Shown piece after piece: positions 1 to 9,502 of a DNA stretch of 64,000 nucleotides. Position 1 is the stretch's first letter; the number at the start of each line of letters is the position of its first letter. Source of the DNA: an uncultured Acidobacteriota bacterium. GTDB lineage: Bacteria; Acidobacteriota; Vicinamibacteria; Fen-336. The stretch is from the NCBI GenBank assembly GCA_963720545.1, contig OY970399.1, positions 2,976,001-3,040,000 on the forward strand. The letters run 5' to 3'. The translations under genes and the position numbers were made by a program. The notes under the pieces are model-generated. The model searched no databases. It had not been told where the DNA came from and saw only the letters and a program-made list of their open reading frames with translations.

Positions 1-1514
1 TAGGCATACCCGCCTGTGTCGCTGCCCTTGAGTGCGAACAGCTTGTCGCCGCCGAACGCGCTGGTGGAGCTGACCGGCGTGCGGCGGTAGCCGAAGCCGA
101 ACTTGAACTCGTGGTTGCCGCCCATGCCCGGCGTGAAATAGTTGAAGTCGGCGTTCACGACGTGCTGCGGGCGCTTGGTGCCGTAGAGGAGATACGCGCC
201 AACCGCGGTGTTGGTTACGAAGTTGACGCCGCCGGAGACGTCGCCGCCGCGCGGCGACAGGCTGAAGCCGGTGCCGTAGTAGGCGTACTTCAGGTTGGCG
301 AAGAAGCTGGGGCTGAACGTGTGGTTCAGCTCAGCCTTCACCAGGCCGTGCGGGCCGCTGTCGGGGTAGTAGCCGCCCTGGTTCCAGAGGAAGGTGTCGG
401 GCTCGTTGCCGACGAAACCGACGGCGCGGCCGAACTTTTCCTTGGCGCCGAGGAAGTAGAACACCGAGAACATGTCGTTCGACGACATCTGCCAGTTGAG
501 CTTGGCGTTGTAGTCCTTCAGCAGCGTGCGGTCCTTGGTCTGGTTGGTGCGGACGTTGCGGATGTCCTGCTTGCCGTACGAACCCCAGAACCACAGCTTG
601 TCCTTGATGATCGGCCCGCCGAGGTCGACGCCGTAGTCGGCGACCTGGTCGATGTGGTCGGCCTTGTCACTGAAGCCGCCGCCGGGAAGCGCGAGGCGCG
701 GATCGGTCTCGAGGCCGGTGCCCTTGATGTTGGTCGTCTGCAGGTCGCGGTGCGTGAAGTACCCGCGCACGGCGCCGTGGAACGAGTTGGTGCCGCGCTT
801 GGTGACGAAGTTCAGGCCGATGCCGCCGGTAGCGACCTTCAGGTCCTGGCCGCCGGTGGTGACGTTGATCTCGTCGAACGCGTCGTAGTCGAAGTACGTC
901 GGCGACGCGCCGATGGCCGCCATGTCGGTAATGACCACACCGTCCAGGTTCCACATCGCGTCGTTGGGCGACGAGCCCTTGCCCTGGAAGCTCGACTGCT
1001 GGCCCGACTCGTTGCCCGCGATGTTGACGCGGTCGACGACGACGCCGGGGATGGTGCGCAGCACCGCCCAGGGGTCGCGCGAGTTCGGGATCTGCGAAAG
1101 CTCTTCCTTGCTGAGCGTGGTGCCCGTGCCGACCTTCTTGGTGTCGACGATCGGCTGCTCGCCGGTGACGGTGATCGTTTCCTCAACGGTCGTGACCTTG
1201 AGGTTGTACTTGAGGTCGAGGTTCTGCCCCGTGCTGATCGAGAAGTTCCGCTTGACGGTGCTGAAGCCCGCCAGGCCCACCGTCATCTCGTAAGAACCCG
1301 GATCGAGATTGATGAACCGGAAGTTTCCCGATGCGTCGGACGTGGTGGATTTCGGGGCGGTGTTGACGCCCTTCACCGTGATGTTCGCGCCCGGAACCGC
1401 GGCTCCCGACTCGTCGTTGACGACGCCGTAGACGTTGCCCGATGCGGTCTGTGCGAAAGCAGCCGGCAACAGGGCCAGGACGAAGGCCAGTGCCAGGCCG
1501 ACAGCTCGTTTCAT
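1..1514 (-). CDS. TonB-dependent receptor, Oar-like, with N-terminal carboxypeptidase-regulatory-like domain (3' end outside window)
   Basis: Translated by hand (absent from ORF track): MKRAVGLALAFVLALLPAAFAQTASGNVYGVVNDESGAAVPGA...TVEETITVTGEQPIVD...RDPWAVLRTIPGV...FDYDAFDEINVTTGG...LNFVTKRGTN. Signal peptide; GGAG SD upstream. Confidence 0.9.
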   Translation of the reverse strand, partial: MKRAVGLALAFVLALLPAAFAQTASGNVYGVVNDESGAAVPGANITVKGVNTAPKSTTSDASGNFRFINLDPGSYEMTVGLAGFSTVKRNFSISTGQNLDLKYNLKVTTVEETITVTGEQPIVDTKKVGTGTTLSKEELSQIPNSRDPWAVLRTIPGVVVDRVNIAGNESGQQSSFQGKGSSPNDAMWNLDGVVITDMAAIGASPTYFDYDAFDEINVTTGGQDLKVATGGIGLNFVTKRGTNSFHGAVRGYFTHRDLQTTNIKGTGLETDPRLALPGGGFSDKADHIDQVADYGVDLGGPIIKDKLWFWGSYGKQDIRNVRTNQTKDRTLLKDYNAKLNWQMSSNDMFSVFYFLGAKEKFGRAVGFVGNEPDTFLWNQGGYYPDSGPHGLVKAELNHTFSPSFFANLKYAYYGTGFSLSPRGGDVSGGVNFVTNTAVGAYLLYGTKRPQHVVNADFNYFTPGMGGNHEFKFGFGYRRTPVSSTSAFGGDKLFALKGSDTGGYA

Positions 1515-1576
1515 TCAGCCAACTCCTTGAATGGGGGAAAGGAACCACGCGGAATCCGCGTGCAACCTTTAACAAA

Positions 1577-1593
1577 TGCAACACTCGCGCCAA
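1577..1593 (-). promoter_or_regulatory. sigma-54 (-24/-12) promoter of the TonB receptor
   Basis: Minus strand reads TTGGCGC-GAGTG-TTGCA, giving exact GG-N10-GC spacing, about 60 nt upstream of the ATG. Confidence 0.75.
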
Positions 1594-1619
1594 GTTTCTA
1601 GAAGGAATTGACCTTATCG

Positions 1620-1632
1620 AATCAATGACTTA
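1620..1632. promoter_or_regulatory. IHF binding site
   Basis: AATCAATGACTTA matches WATCAANNNNTTR and lies just upstream of the sigma-54 element. Confidence 0.65.
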
Positions 1633-1679
1633 GAGGTTTAACGCTTTGCCACAAGAACCAAGTGTCTGGATCAAACCAA

Positions 1680-3815
1680 TCAGTTGGATGAATTCAGCCA
1701 TCGGCTCACGCGGGCGATATCCGCGGCATCGGTGGCCCGGGGCGCCACCTCGACATAACGGGCCAGGTACTGGCGTGCTTCCGACGGGCGGTTGAGCCGG
1801 ATCAGCAGGGTGCCGAGATTGAACAGGGTCTGCGGGTCATCCGCCTCGAGCTCGACGGCCCGGCGCCATTCCGCGACGGCTTCGTCGAAGCGGCCGGCCC
1901 CCGCCGCGATGACCCCGAGGCTGTTGTGGGCGCGCGCCAGGTTGGGGTTGGCCGTCAACGCCTGGCGAAAGAATGGCGCGGCGGCGGCGCTGTCGCCCGC
2001 CATGAGGTGGACGGTGCCGATGTTCACGAGCGCCATGGCGTTCGAGGGATCGATGCGCCGCACGCGCTCGAAAGCGGCGATGGCATCGGCGCCGCGGCCG
2101 ACGCCCGCGAGGTTGATGCCGTAGGAGACCAGCACCTCCACGTCGGCATCGCGCCGCGCGGCGTACGGCTCGAGCACCGCCACCGCCTCCTTGCTGCGGC
2201 CCGCTTCGCTCAGGTAGGCGCCGAGCAGCGAGACCACGTCCATGTCGTACGGGTTGAGGGCCAGCGCCGCCTTCAATTGCGCGACCGCTTCGGCGATGTT
2301 GCCGGTCTGGCGCTGCAGGAAGCCGAAATGCATGCGGCCGAGCGCCATGTCGGGCTTGCGCCGCACGATCTCGCCGCTGACCCGCAGCGCGCCTTCGAGG
2401 TCGCCGTTCGAATAGCGCGCGATCGCCTCGTTGATCATGTTGTCGTACTGGATCAGGTTCTTCGGGTCGTCGGCATCGGTGTAGCCGGCCTTTGCCGGCG
2501 TGCCGCTCGCGCTGATGTAGCCGAGCCCGCGCAGGCGTTCGCGCACGTCGGCGTCCTCCGCGGTGCGCGCGATGCCGCGGTCCTGGCTCTTCGCGCTGCG
2601 CAGCAGCGAACGCATCTCGTCGAGCCGCACGGGTTCGCGGCTCACCAGGTTGGCAAGTTCCTTTGCGTCGGCGCCGAGGTCGTAAAGCTCGGGCAGGGGC
2701 AGGTCGATGTACTTGACGCCGCCGCGAATGACGCCGTACAGCGGCGCCCAGCCGCGGTTGAGCGATGCCGAGAGCGCTTCGAAGTAAGCGGTGCGCGGCT
2801 GTGCATCCTCGCCGGCGACCGCTGCCAGCAGGCTGCGGCCGGCAAACGGCGCAGCGTTCGCCGGCGGCGCGACCTTCAGCAAGTCGAGAACCGTCGGCAC
2901 GATGTCGACGTGCTGCGCCGGCGAGGTGACGACGCGCGTCGGCAGGTGTCCAGGCGCGAACAGGATGAGCGGCACGCGCAGTGTGCCCTCGTAAGCGAAG
3001 ATGCCGTGCGTCGCTTCGCCATGCTCGCCCAGCGCCTCGCCATGATCGGCGGTGAGGACCACGAGAGTCTTGCCGGCGTCGCCGCCTTGAAGGAGCGGCT
3101 CGAGTAATGGCGCGAGCGCCGCATCGACGGCCGACACTTCCCCAAGGTAGGGCTCGGCGGCGAAACGCGAGGCAAACGGTTCCGGTGCGGCGTACGGCGC
3201 ATGCGGATCGTAGACGTGGATCCACGCGAAGGTCTTGCGGCCCGCCTGGGTGTCGAGCCAGCGGCGTGCCGCGGCCACGGTATCGGCCCCGCGCCGTTCC
3301 TCCATGTGGAAGGCGGCCGTTTCGCCGGTGCCGCCGAAGTGGTCGTCGTAGACGTCGAACCCGCGCGTCAGGCCGAACCGCGACTCGAGCGGGAACGCGC
3401 TGACGAAGGCGCCGGTGGCATAGCCCGCGCCCTTGAGGAGCGTCGCCAGCGTGTCGATGTTTTCCGGGAAGCGGAAGCCCGAATTGTCGCGCACGCCGTG
3501 TTCGGTGGGGAGCCGGCCGGACAGGATGTTGCAATGCGAGGGCAGCGTCACGACGTTGTGGCCGTGCGCCGTCGCGAAGCGCACACCGGCCGCCGCGAGC
3601 CGGTCGATCACCGGCGTGGCCACGCGGGTGTTGCCGTAGCAGCCGAGCGCATCGGCGCGCAGCGTGTCGACGGTGATGAGGATGAGGTTGAGGCCGGCTT
3701 CCGGCCGTACCGCCCGCGACGAACGCGCGCGGTAGAGCCAGGCCGAGGCTGAGGCAACCGCGACGAGGGCCAGGGCCGCGAGCCAGAGGGGCTTCCTGAC
3801 AGGGGGCTGGGCCAT
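1680..3815 (-). CDS. Sulfatase-like (alkaline phosphatase superfamily) hydrolase with C-terminal TPR repeats
   Basis: LITVDTLRAD, VTLPSH, YDPHAPY, TADHGE..HG motifs; N-terminal hydrophobic anchor; TPR-like repeats in the C-terminal third. Confidence 0.88.
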   Translation of the reverse strand: MAQPPVRKPLWLAALALVAVASASAWLYRARSSRAVRPEAGLNLILITVDTLRADALGCYGNTRVATPVIDRLAAAGVRFATAHGHNVVTLPSHCNILSGRLPTEHGVRDNSGFRFPENIDTLATLLKGAGYATGAFVSAFPLESRFGLTRGFDVYDDHFGGTGETAAFHMEERRGADTVAAARRWLDTQAGRKTFAWIHVYDPHAPYAAPEPFASRFAAEPYLGEVSAVDAALAPLLEPLLQGGDAGKTLVVLTADHGEALGEHGEATHGIFAYEGTLRVPLILFAPGHLPTRVVTSPAQHVDIVPTVLDLLKVAPPANAAPFAGRSLLAAVAGEDAQPRTAYFEALSASLNRGWAPLYGVIRGGVKYIDLPLPELYDLGADAKELANLVSREPVRLDEMRSLLRSAKSQDRGIARTAEDADVRERLRGLGYISASGTPAKAGYTDADDPKNLIQYDNMINEAIARYSNGDLEGALRVSGEIVRRKPDMALGRMHFGFLQRQTGNIAEAVAQLKAALALNPYDMDVVSLLGAYLSEAGRSKEAVAVLEPYAARRDADVEVLVSYGINLAGVGRGADAIAAFERVRRIDPSNAMALVNIGTVHLMAGDSAAAAPFFRQALTANPNLARAHNSLGVIAAGAGRFDEAVAEWRRAVELEADDPQTLFNLGTLLIRLNRPSEARQYLARYVEVAPRATDAADIARVSRWLNSSN

Positions 3816-3902
3816 GAAACCCCATCTTAGTTAATTGCCGCTTTACAACACCGCCGATTGGTGTTTCGATGCTTCCTCCGCGTTATCCGAAGGGGTGTGC
3901 CG

Positions 3903-6032
3903 ATGGTCCGCAGGCTGCCGCTCACGCTGTTACTCGCCGCGGCGCTGGCGCCGCAAGGGCGTGCCCAGGATCCAAAGCAGGCCGTGCCGGTGTTCGGTAC
4001 AGACATCTCGATCGTCGCGGTGCCGGTGTTCGTGACCGACGGCAAGGGCCAGGCGGTTCGTGGCCTGGGCCAGGACGACTTCCAGATCCTCGACGACGGC
4101 AAGCCCGCGCCGATTGTTTCGTTCCAGTACGTCGACACCACCTCGGAAGAATCGCAGGCGGAGATCCGCCAGGTGCCCGCGGCGCGCCGCCACTTCCTGA
4201 TGCTTTTCGACATGTCGTTCACCGACCCTGGCGGCGTCTTCAAGGCGCGTACCGCCGCGAAGGAGTTCGTGCGCCGCAACCTGGCCGAGTCCGACATCGC
4301 CGCGGTCGCCACCTTCGACGTCAACCGCGGGGTGCGCATCCTCGCGAACTTCACCGAAGACCGCGCGCTGTTGTCGCACGCCATCGACACGCTCGGTGTA
4401 CCGTCACTGACGCAGATCAGCGATCCGCTCGGCCTGTTCCTCGCGAGCTTCACCGACGATCGCGCCGGCGGGGCCGCGCGCCGCACCGAAGCTGCGGCCG
4501 AAGCCATCACGTCGGCGCTGGTGCCGTTCGCGCGGCGTATGCGCGAAGCCGACCAGCAGCGCTATCGCCAGCAGGTACTGGGCCTCATTGGCAGCATGGA
4601 CGAACTGGCGCGCGGCCTCGACATGGTGCGGGGCCGCAAGCAGGTCATCTATTTCTCCGCGGGCTTCGACTACCGCACGCTGGTTGGCGAGACCGGCTCC
4701 GAGGCTAAGAACACCTCGGAGGCAGTGATTGAAGGACGCATCTGGGAGGTCGATTCAGGTGCACGCTACGGCGATGCACAGCTGCGCCAGGTGTTTGGCG
4801 ACATGGCCAGGAACCTCTCGCGCGCCGATTGCGTGGTGCACACGATCGACGTCACCGGGCTCGGCTCGGACCAAAGCCTCACGCAGACGGGCATCACCAA
4901 GGACACGATGCGCGATCCGGGCGGCCGCGAGTCGCTGCACTTCATCGCCAACGAAACCGGCGGCCGCTTCTTCAAGGACACGAACGACCTCGGCAAGAGC
5001 CTCAGCGAAGTGCTCGACATGACGAGCCGCTACTACATCCTTGGCTACCAGCCCAACGACCTGGGTGGCGCGGGGCGGTTCCACAAGGTCAAGGTGAAGG
5101 TGGCGCGCAAGAACGCGAACGTCTCGCACCGCGCCGGCTTCAACGAGCGGCCGCCGGTCGCGATGCAGACGGCGCTGCAGCGCAAGTTCGAGACCGCACA
5201 GCTGGTGATGACCGGCGAAGGCGACAACAAGCTCAAGTTCACGGCGCTGGCGCTGCCGTTTCCGGCGGCGGGCGAGCGCCAGACCCTCGGCGTGGTGTTG
5301 CAGGTGCCGATGGACGAGCTGAAGAAAACCGACAAGATGCTCCCGATCGAGATCTTCGGCTACGCGATCGACGCCGAGGGCGCCGCGGTCGACCATCTTG
5401 CGCAGCTGACGCGCATCGACCTCAGCCAGGCCGACCCGTCGGGCACGGCGCAGGGCGTCTCGTTCTACGGCGTGCTGCAGGTGCCCCCGGGCAAGTACAC
5501 GCTCAAGATGATGGTGCGCCAGTCGGACGCCGACCAGTCGGGCGTGCAGTTCCTCGACCTCACGGTGCCGGCCAACGATCCGAAGGTCGGTTTCCTGCTG
5601 CCGCCGATGCTGATGGACGAACCGGCCTCGTGGCTCGGGCTGCGCCTCACCGACGCCAACCGGCCGGCGGTGCCGTTCACGATCGACGGCAAGGCGTTCC
5701 TGCCGCGCACCTCGTTCCGCGTCAAGAACGACACGCCCGAACGGCTGGTACTCATTTCGTACGCGCCCGAAGGCCCGCAGGACATGGCGAGCAACCTGCA
5801 AATCCGCTCTGCCGTCATCGACTCGAAAGGTGTCGAGGTGCAGGCGGGCGAGGTGACGCTCGAGAAGGTGCTGCACGAGGCGGGCGGCCGGCGCACCTAC
5901 CTCCTCAACTTCCAGCCGAAGGGCCTCGCGCCCGGCGACTACCGGCTGCGCGTCGGAGTGGGCGAGTCGGGCCTCATCATGGAGTCGTACGCGCAGTTGC
6001 GCGTCCTCCCCGAGCAGCGCGCCGCCAACTAG
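3903..6032 (+). CDS. VWA domain-containing exported protein (Acidobacterial VWFA-related type)
   Basis: Signal peptide; FGTDISIVAVPVFVTD...GLGQDDFQILDDGKP, GRKQVIYFSAG, ETGGRFF..TNDL, YYILGYQP motifs. Start taken at ATG 3903. Confidence 0.85.
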   Translation: MVRRLPLTLLLAAALAPQGRAQDPKQAVPVFGTDISIVAVPVFVTDGKGQAVRGLGQDDFQILDDGKPAPIVSFQYVDTTSEESQAEIRQVPAARRHFLMLFDMSFTDPGGVFKARTAAKEFVRRNLAESDIAAVATFDVNRGVRILANFTEDRALLSHAIDTLGVPSLTQISDPLGLFLASFTDDRAGGAARRTEAAAEAITSALVPFARRMREADQQRYRQQVLGLIGSMDELARGLDMVRGRKQVIYFSAGFDYRTLVGETGSEAKNTSEAVIEGRIWEVDSGARYGDAQLRQVFGDMARNLSRADCVVHTIDVTGLGSDQSLTQTGITKDTMRDPGGRESLHFIANETGGRFFKDTNDLGKSLSEVLDMTSRYYILGYQPNDLGGAGRFHKVKVKVARKNANVSHRAGFNERPPVAMQTALQRKFETAQLVMTGEGDNKLKFTALALPFPAAGERQTLGVVLQVPMDELKKTDKMLPIEIFGYAIDAEGAAVDHLAQLTRIDLSQADPSGTAQGVSFYGVLQVPPGKYTLKMMVRQSDADQSGVQFLDLTVPANDPKVGFLLPPMLMDEPASWLGLRLTDANRPAVPFTIDGKAFLPRTSFRVKNDTPERLVLISYAPEGPQDMASNLQIRSAVIDSKGVEVQAGEVTLEKVLHEAGGRRTYLLNFQPKGLAPGDYRLRVGVGESGLIMESYAQLRVLPEQRAAN

Positions 6033-6242
6033 CTACTCTTTCGGCTCGAAGCAGCGGCGCGCCGTGTAGCAGACGCTCGGCGCGCAATACGCGGTGTCGG
6101 GGCCGAGCGCGGTGCCGGTCAGTGCGCACCAGTAGACCGCCGAGGGCGCGTCCTGCCACAAGTCTTCGTGGTCGCGGCCGAGGACGTAGTACATGCGGGT
6201 GCGCAGGCGCTTGCAGATCTCGGCGTTTCGTTCCTCTGCCAT
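6033..6242 (-). CDS. Small five-cysteine protein, last gene of the molybdoenzyme operon
   Basis: 69 aa; ATG lies 1 nt after the FAD-subunit stop; fills the gap between convergent genes; Cys at 10, 39, 53, 58, 64. Confidence 0.7.
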   Translation of the reverse strand: MAEERNAEICKRLRTRMYYVLGRDHEDLWQDAPSAVYWCALTGTALGPDTAYCAPSVCYTARRCFEPKE

Positions 6243-6243
6243 T

Positions 6244-7227
6244 TCAGGACCTCGCAGCCTGCAAGCCGGTGAGGGTGCGCTTCACCAGCGTCTCGACCAT
6301 CCCGACCTTGTAGCCGTTGCCGGCGAGCGGCGTGGCGCCGACAATCGCCTCCTTCGCGGCCGCCGCAATGCTCGCTGCGTTCAGCGCGCGGCCGACGAGC
6401 AGCGCCTCCGCCTTCGGCACGCGCCACGGGATCGGCGCCACCGCGCCCAGCACCAGGCGCGCGCTCTTCACCACCGACGCTTCGATGCCGAGTACGGCGC
6501 TCAGGGCGACGAGCGGCCAGTCGAACGACTGCTTTTCGCGGAACGAGGCGAAGCCCGCGAGCCCCGCGGGAGCCTTCGGCACGCGGATCTCGGTAAGCAC
6601 CTCGCCTTCCTGCAGCGAATTCTCGCGGCGCACGTCGACGCGCGGCAAGGTGAAGAATTCTTCCGCCGCCACGGTGCGCTCGCCCTGGCTGCCGGCGATG
6701 ACGAACGAAGCGCCGTACGCCACCAGGGCGATCGCCGCGTTCGAGGGGTGAGCCGCGAAGCTCGGCCCACCGCCGAAGATCACGTGGTAGCGGTTTTCGC
6801 CGGCGATCGCGAAACAGGTGTCGCCGCCCTTCTTCAGGCACTTGTAGGTCTCGAGACGGTAGTACCAGCAGCGCGGCCGCTGCAGCACGTTGCCGCCGAT
6901 GGTCGCGACGTTGCGGATCTGCGGCGACGCCGCCTCGCCGCACGCTTCGGCGAGCGCCGGATGCGAGCTGCGCACGACGTCGCTCGCCGCGACCGCCGCC
7001 AGCGTGTTGAGCGGGCCGAGGCGCAACGCGCCGTCCGGCAGCACCTCGAGCGTGTCGAGACCGCCAATGGTCCTGAGGTTCACGACGCGCGCTGGTTCGA
7101 TCAGCCGCTCCTTCATGCGGTCGAGCAGGTCGATGCCGCCAGCCTTGAGCACACTGTTCTTCTTTTCCGCCACGAGGCTGCGCGCTTCGGCGACCGATGC
7201 GGCCTGGGCCAGTTCGAAGGTGTTCAT
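6244..7227 (-). CDS. Xanthine dehydrogenase family FAD-binding subunit (PaoB/YagS-like, with Fe-S insert)
   Basis: AGGIDL, ASPQIRNVATIGGN and QRPRCWYYR..C..C insert; LGAVAPIPWR. Confidence 0.92.
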   Translation of the reverse strand: MNTFELAQAASVAEARSLVAEKKNSVLKAGGIDLLDRMKERLIEPARVVNLRTIGGLDTLEVLPDGALRLGPLNTLAAVAASDVVRSSHPALAEACGEAASPQIRNVATIGGNVLQRPRCWYYRLETYKCLKKGGDTCFAIAGENRYHVIFGGGPSFAAHPSNAAIALVAYGASFVIAGSQGERTVAAEEFFTLPRVDVRRENSLQEGEVLTEIRVPKAPAGLAGFASFREKQSFDWPLVALSAVLGIEASVVKSARLVLGAVAPIPWRVPKAEALLVGRALNAASIAAAAKEAIVGATPLAGNGYKVGMVETLVKRTLTGLQAARS

Positions 7228-7231
7228 CGGC

Positions 7232-9502
7232 TCAGCCCTTCCTCTTCGTCTTCATGGCGCCGGCGGCGCCAGGGCGCGCCTCGGCGAGCGCCAGCAGCAT
7301 GCGGTCCGGGGTGATGGGCAAGGTGCGCACACGCGCGCCGGTTGCGTTGAACACCGCGTTCGCGACCGCCGCCAGGGTGGGCACCATGCACGGCTCACCG
7401 ATGCCGGCGGTGGAGGTGTTGTTGCCGGCGTTCGCCACCGGCGTCACGATCGGCACCGCCTCGAACATGTCGGACGGCATCAGGATCTTGTACGACTCGA
7501 GGTTGGGGTTCACCATCGTGCCGACGTTGCGGTCGAGGATGCGGTTCTCGAACAGCGCCCACGAGGCGCCCTGGATGAGCGCGCCGATGATCTGGCTCTC
7601 GGTTGTGAGGACGTTGACGGGGAAGCCGCAGTCGTTCACCGACACCATCTTCACGACGCGGATGTTGCCGGTCTCGGTGTCCACCTCGACCTCGGCGAAC
7701 TGCACGCCGGCGATCTGGTCATGGAACGTCTCGAACTGCTTCTTGCGTTCGGCGACCGCCGCGATCATGTCGCCGGGCATCTTCGCCGCCGCCTCCTTGA
7801 CGCCCAGGGATGTGCTGCCGACCGCGGCGAACAGCTTCCTCTTCGCCTCGGCCGCCGCCAGCCGCATCACCGGCGCCACCGAGTTCGTGGTGTTGCTGCC
7901 GCCGGACGCCGGCCCCGGCGGATAGCGCGTGTCGCCGACGTTCGGCTTCACGTCGGAAACCTCGACGCCCAGCTCTTCGGCGACGATCATCGCCATCGCG
8001 GTGCGAAAGCCGGTGCCGATGTCCTGCGCGCCGGAGAAGTACTCGATGCCGCCGTCGCGGTGGATGCGCACCTCGGCGCCGACGCCGCTGCCGCGGGCGA
8101 TGACGTACCAGTTGCCGTTCGCCATGCCGATGCCGCGCTTCACGATGCCCGTATCGGACCCCGGCTGGCGGCGCCGCTCCCAGCCGATGGCTTTGGCGCC
8201 GACGTCGTACTGCGACAGGCGGGTGGGGTGGTCGTCGTTGCGGCGGCGGAACTCGAGCGGATCCATCCCGAGCTTGTGCGCCATCTCGTCGATCGCCGAC
8301 TCGAGCGCGAACGCGCCCTGCGGATGCCCGGGCGCGCGCAGCGGCGCCTGCGGGCCGGCGTTGGTGAAAACGTCGTGCTCCTCGACCTTGAGGTTCGGGT
8401 TCTTCCCGTAGAGGGCACCGGCAGGTCCGCCGGTGCCGGCCCCGCCGGCGATGCCGCCCGAGCCGAACGACCGGTAATGAAGGCCCTGGATGTTGCCCTC
8501 GCCGTCGGCGCCGATTTTCACGGTCATGAGCGCGCTCGGAGCGTTGCCCGTGCACAGGTGCTCCTCGCGGCGGTCGAGCATCAGCTTCACGGGCGCGCCC
8601 GCCTGTTTCGCGAGCCGGGCGCAGATGATGGCGAACGCCGAGCCCGTGGCCGACGGTGCCAGCTTGCTGCCGAAGCCACCGCCCATGTGCTCGGTGATCA
8701 CCACCACGTTCTTGCGGTCGATGCCGAGCGCCTCGGCGACGCCGTCGCGCACGGTGGCGACGCCCTGGGTGGACGCGTGGATCGTCAGCTGTTCGCCTTC
8801 CCATTGCGCCAGCACGCCGTGGGTCTCGAGCGGTGAATGGGTGTGCACCGGCAGCGAGTACGTCGCCTCGATGGTCACCGGTGCGGCGAGCAGGGCTTTA
8901 GCCGCATCTCCGCGGGTGCCGCCGCGCCGCGACGCCATCGGCCCGACCACGTTGCCCTTGCGCGGCGCATCCTTCGGGGCCGGCAAGTCGGTGTCGCCGT
9001 AGACACGGGGCGCGTTTTCACGCATCGCCTGCTCGAGGTCCACGACGAACGGCCGCGGCGTGTATGTCACCTTCACCAGGCGCGCGGCGTCGGCCGCGAG
9101 TTCCGGTGAGGTGGCGGCGACCGCCGCGATGTCCTGTCCCGCGAAGCGCACCACGGCACTCTCGGTGGTCCACACCGCCTTCACTCCGGGCAGCGCTTCC
9201 GCGGCGGACGTGTCGACGCGCAGGATCTCGCCCGCCGGAATCTCGGCGCGGATCATCTTCGCCCACAGCATTCCCGGCACGTTGAGGTCGAAGGTGTACT
9301 TCGCCCGCCCGGTCACCTTCAGCGGCCCTTCAAGACGCGGATGGCGCGTCTTCACCACGCGCAGCTGGGTGTCGAGGTCCCACGGCTGAAGGTCGCCCTC
9401 GGCGGCGTTCACCTCCAGCGTCTTCGGCGCGCCGGGAAGCCCGGCCTTCACAGTGAACTTCACTGTCGGGGCTTCGGGAGCCTTTGGCTGTTCCTGTGTC
9501 AT
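7232..9502 (-). CDS. Xanthine dehydrogenase family molybdopterin-binding subunit (PaoC/YagR-like)
   Basis: KVTGRAKYT, MGGGFGSK, LRAPG, QDIGTG and GIGEP (catalytic Glu). True start MTQEQ overlaps the 2Fe-2S stop as ATGA. Confidence 0.93.
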   Translation of the reverse strand: MTQEQPKAPEAPTVKFTVKAGLPGAPKTLEVNAAEGDLQPWDLDTQLRVVKTRHPRLEGPLKVTGRAKYTFDLNVPGMLWAKMIRAEIPAGEILRVDTSAAEALPGVKAVWTTESAVVRFAGQDIAAVAATSPELAADAARLVKVTYTPRPFVVDLEQAMRENAPRVYGDTDLPAPKDAPRKGNVVGPMASRRGGTRGDAAKALLAAPVTIEATYSLPVHTHSPLETHGVLAQWEGEQLTIHASTQGVATVRDGVAEALGIDRKNVVVITEHMGGGFGSKLAPSATGSAFAIICARLAKQAGAPVKLMLDRREEHLCTGNAPSALMTVKIGADGEGNIQGLHYRSFGSGGIAGGAGTGGPAGALYGKNPNLKVEEHDVFTNAGPQAPLRAPGHPQGAFALESAIDEMAHKLGMDPLEFRRRNDDHPTRLSQYDVGAKAIGWERRRQPGSDTGIVKRGIGMANGNWYVIARGSGVGAEVRIHRDGGIEYFSGAQDIGTGFRTAMAMIVAEELGVEVSDVKPNVGDTRYPPGPASGGSNTTNSVAPVMRLAAAEAKRKLFAAVGSTSLGVKEAAAKMPGDMIAAVAERKKQFETFHDQIAGVQFAEVEVDTETGNIRVVKMVSVNDCGFPVNVLTTESQIIGALIQGASWALFENRILDRNVGTMVNPNLESYKILMPSDMFEAVPIVTPVANAGNNTSTAGIGEPCMVPTLAAVANAVFNATGARVRTLPITPDRMLLALAEARPGAAGAMKTKRKG

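Noticed and set aside
111..1601. 496-aa plus-strand ORF
   Set aside because: Antisense shadow of the TonB receptor. Long shadow ORFs are expected at this GC content.
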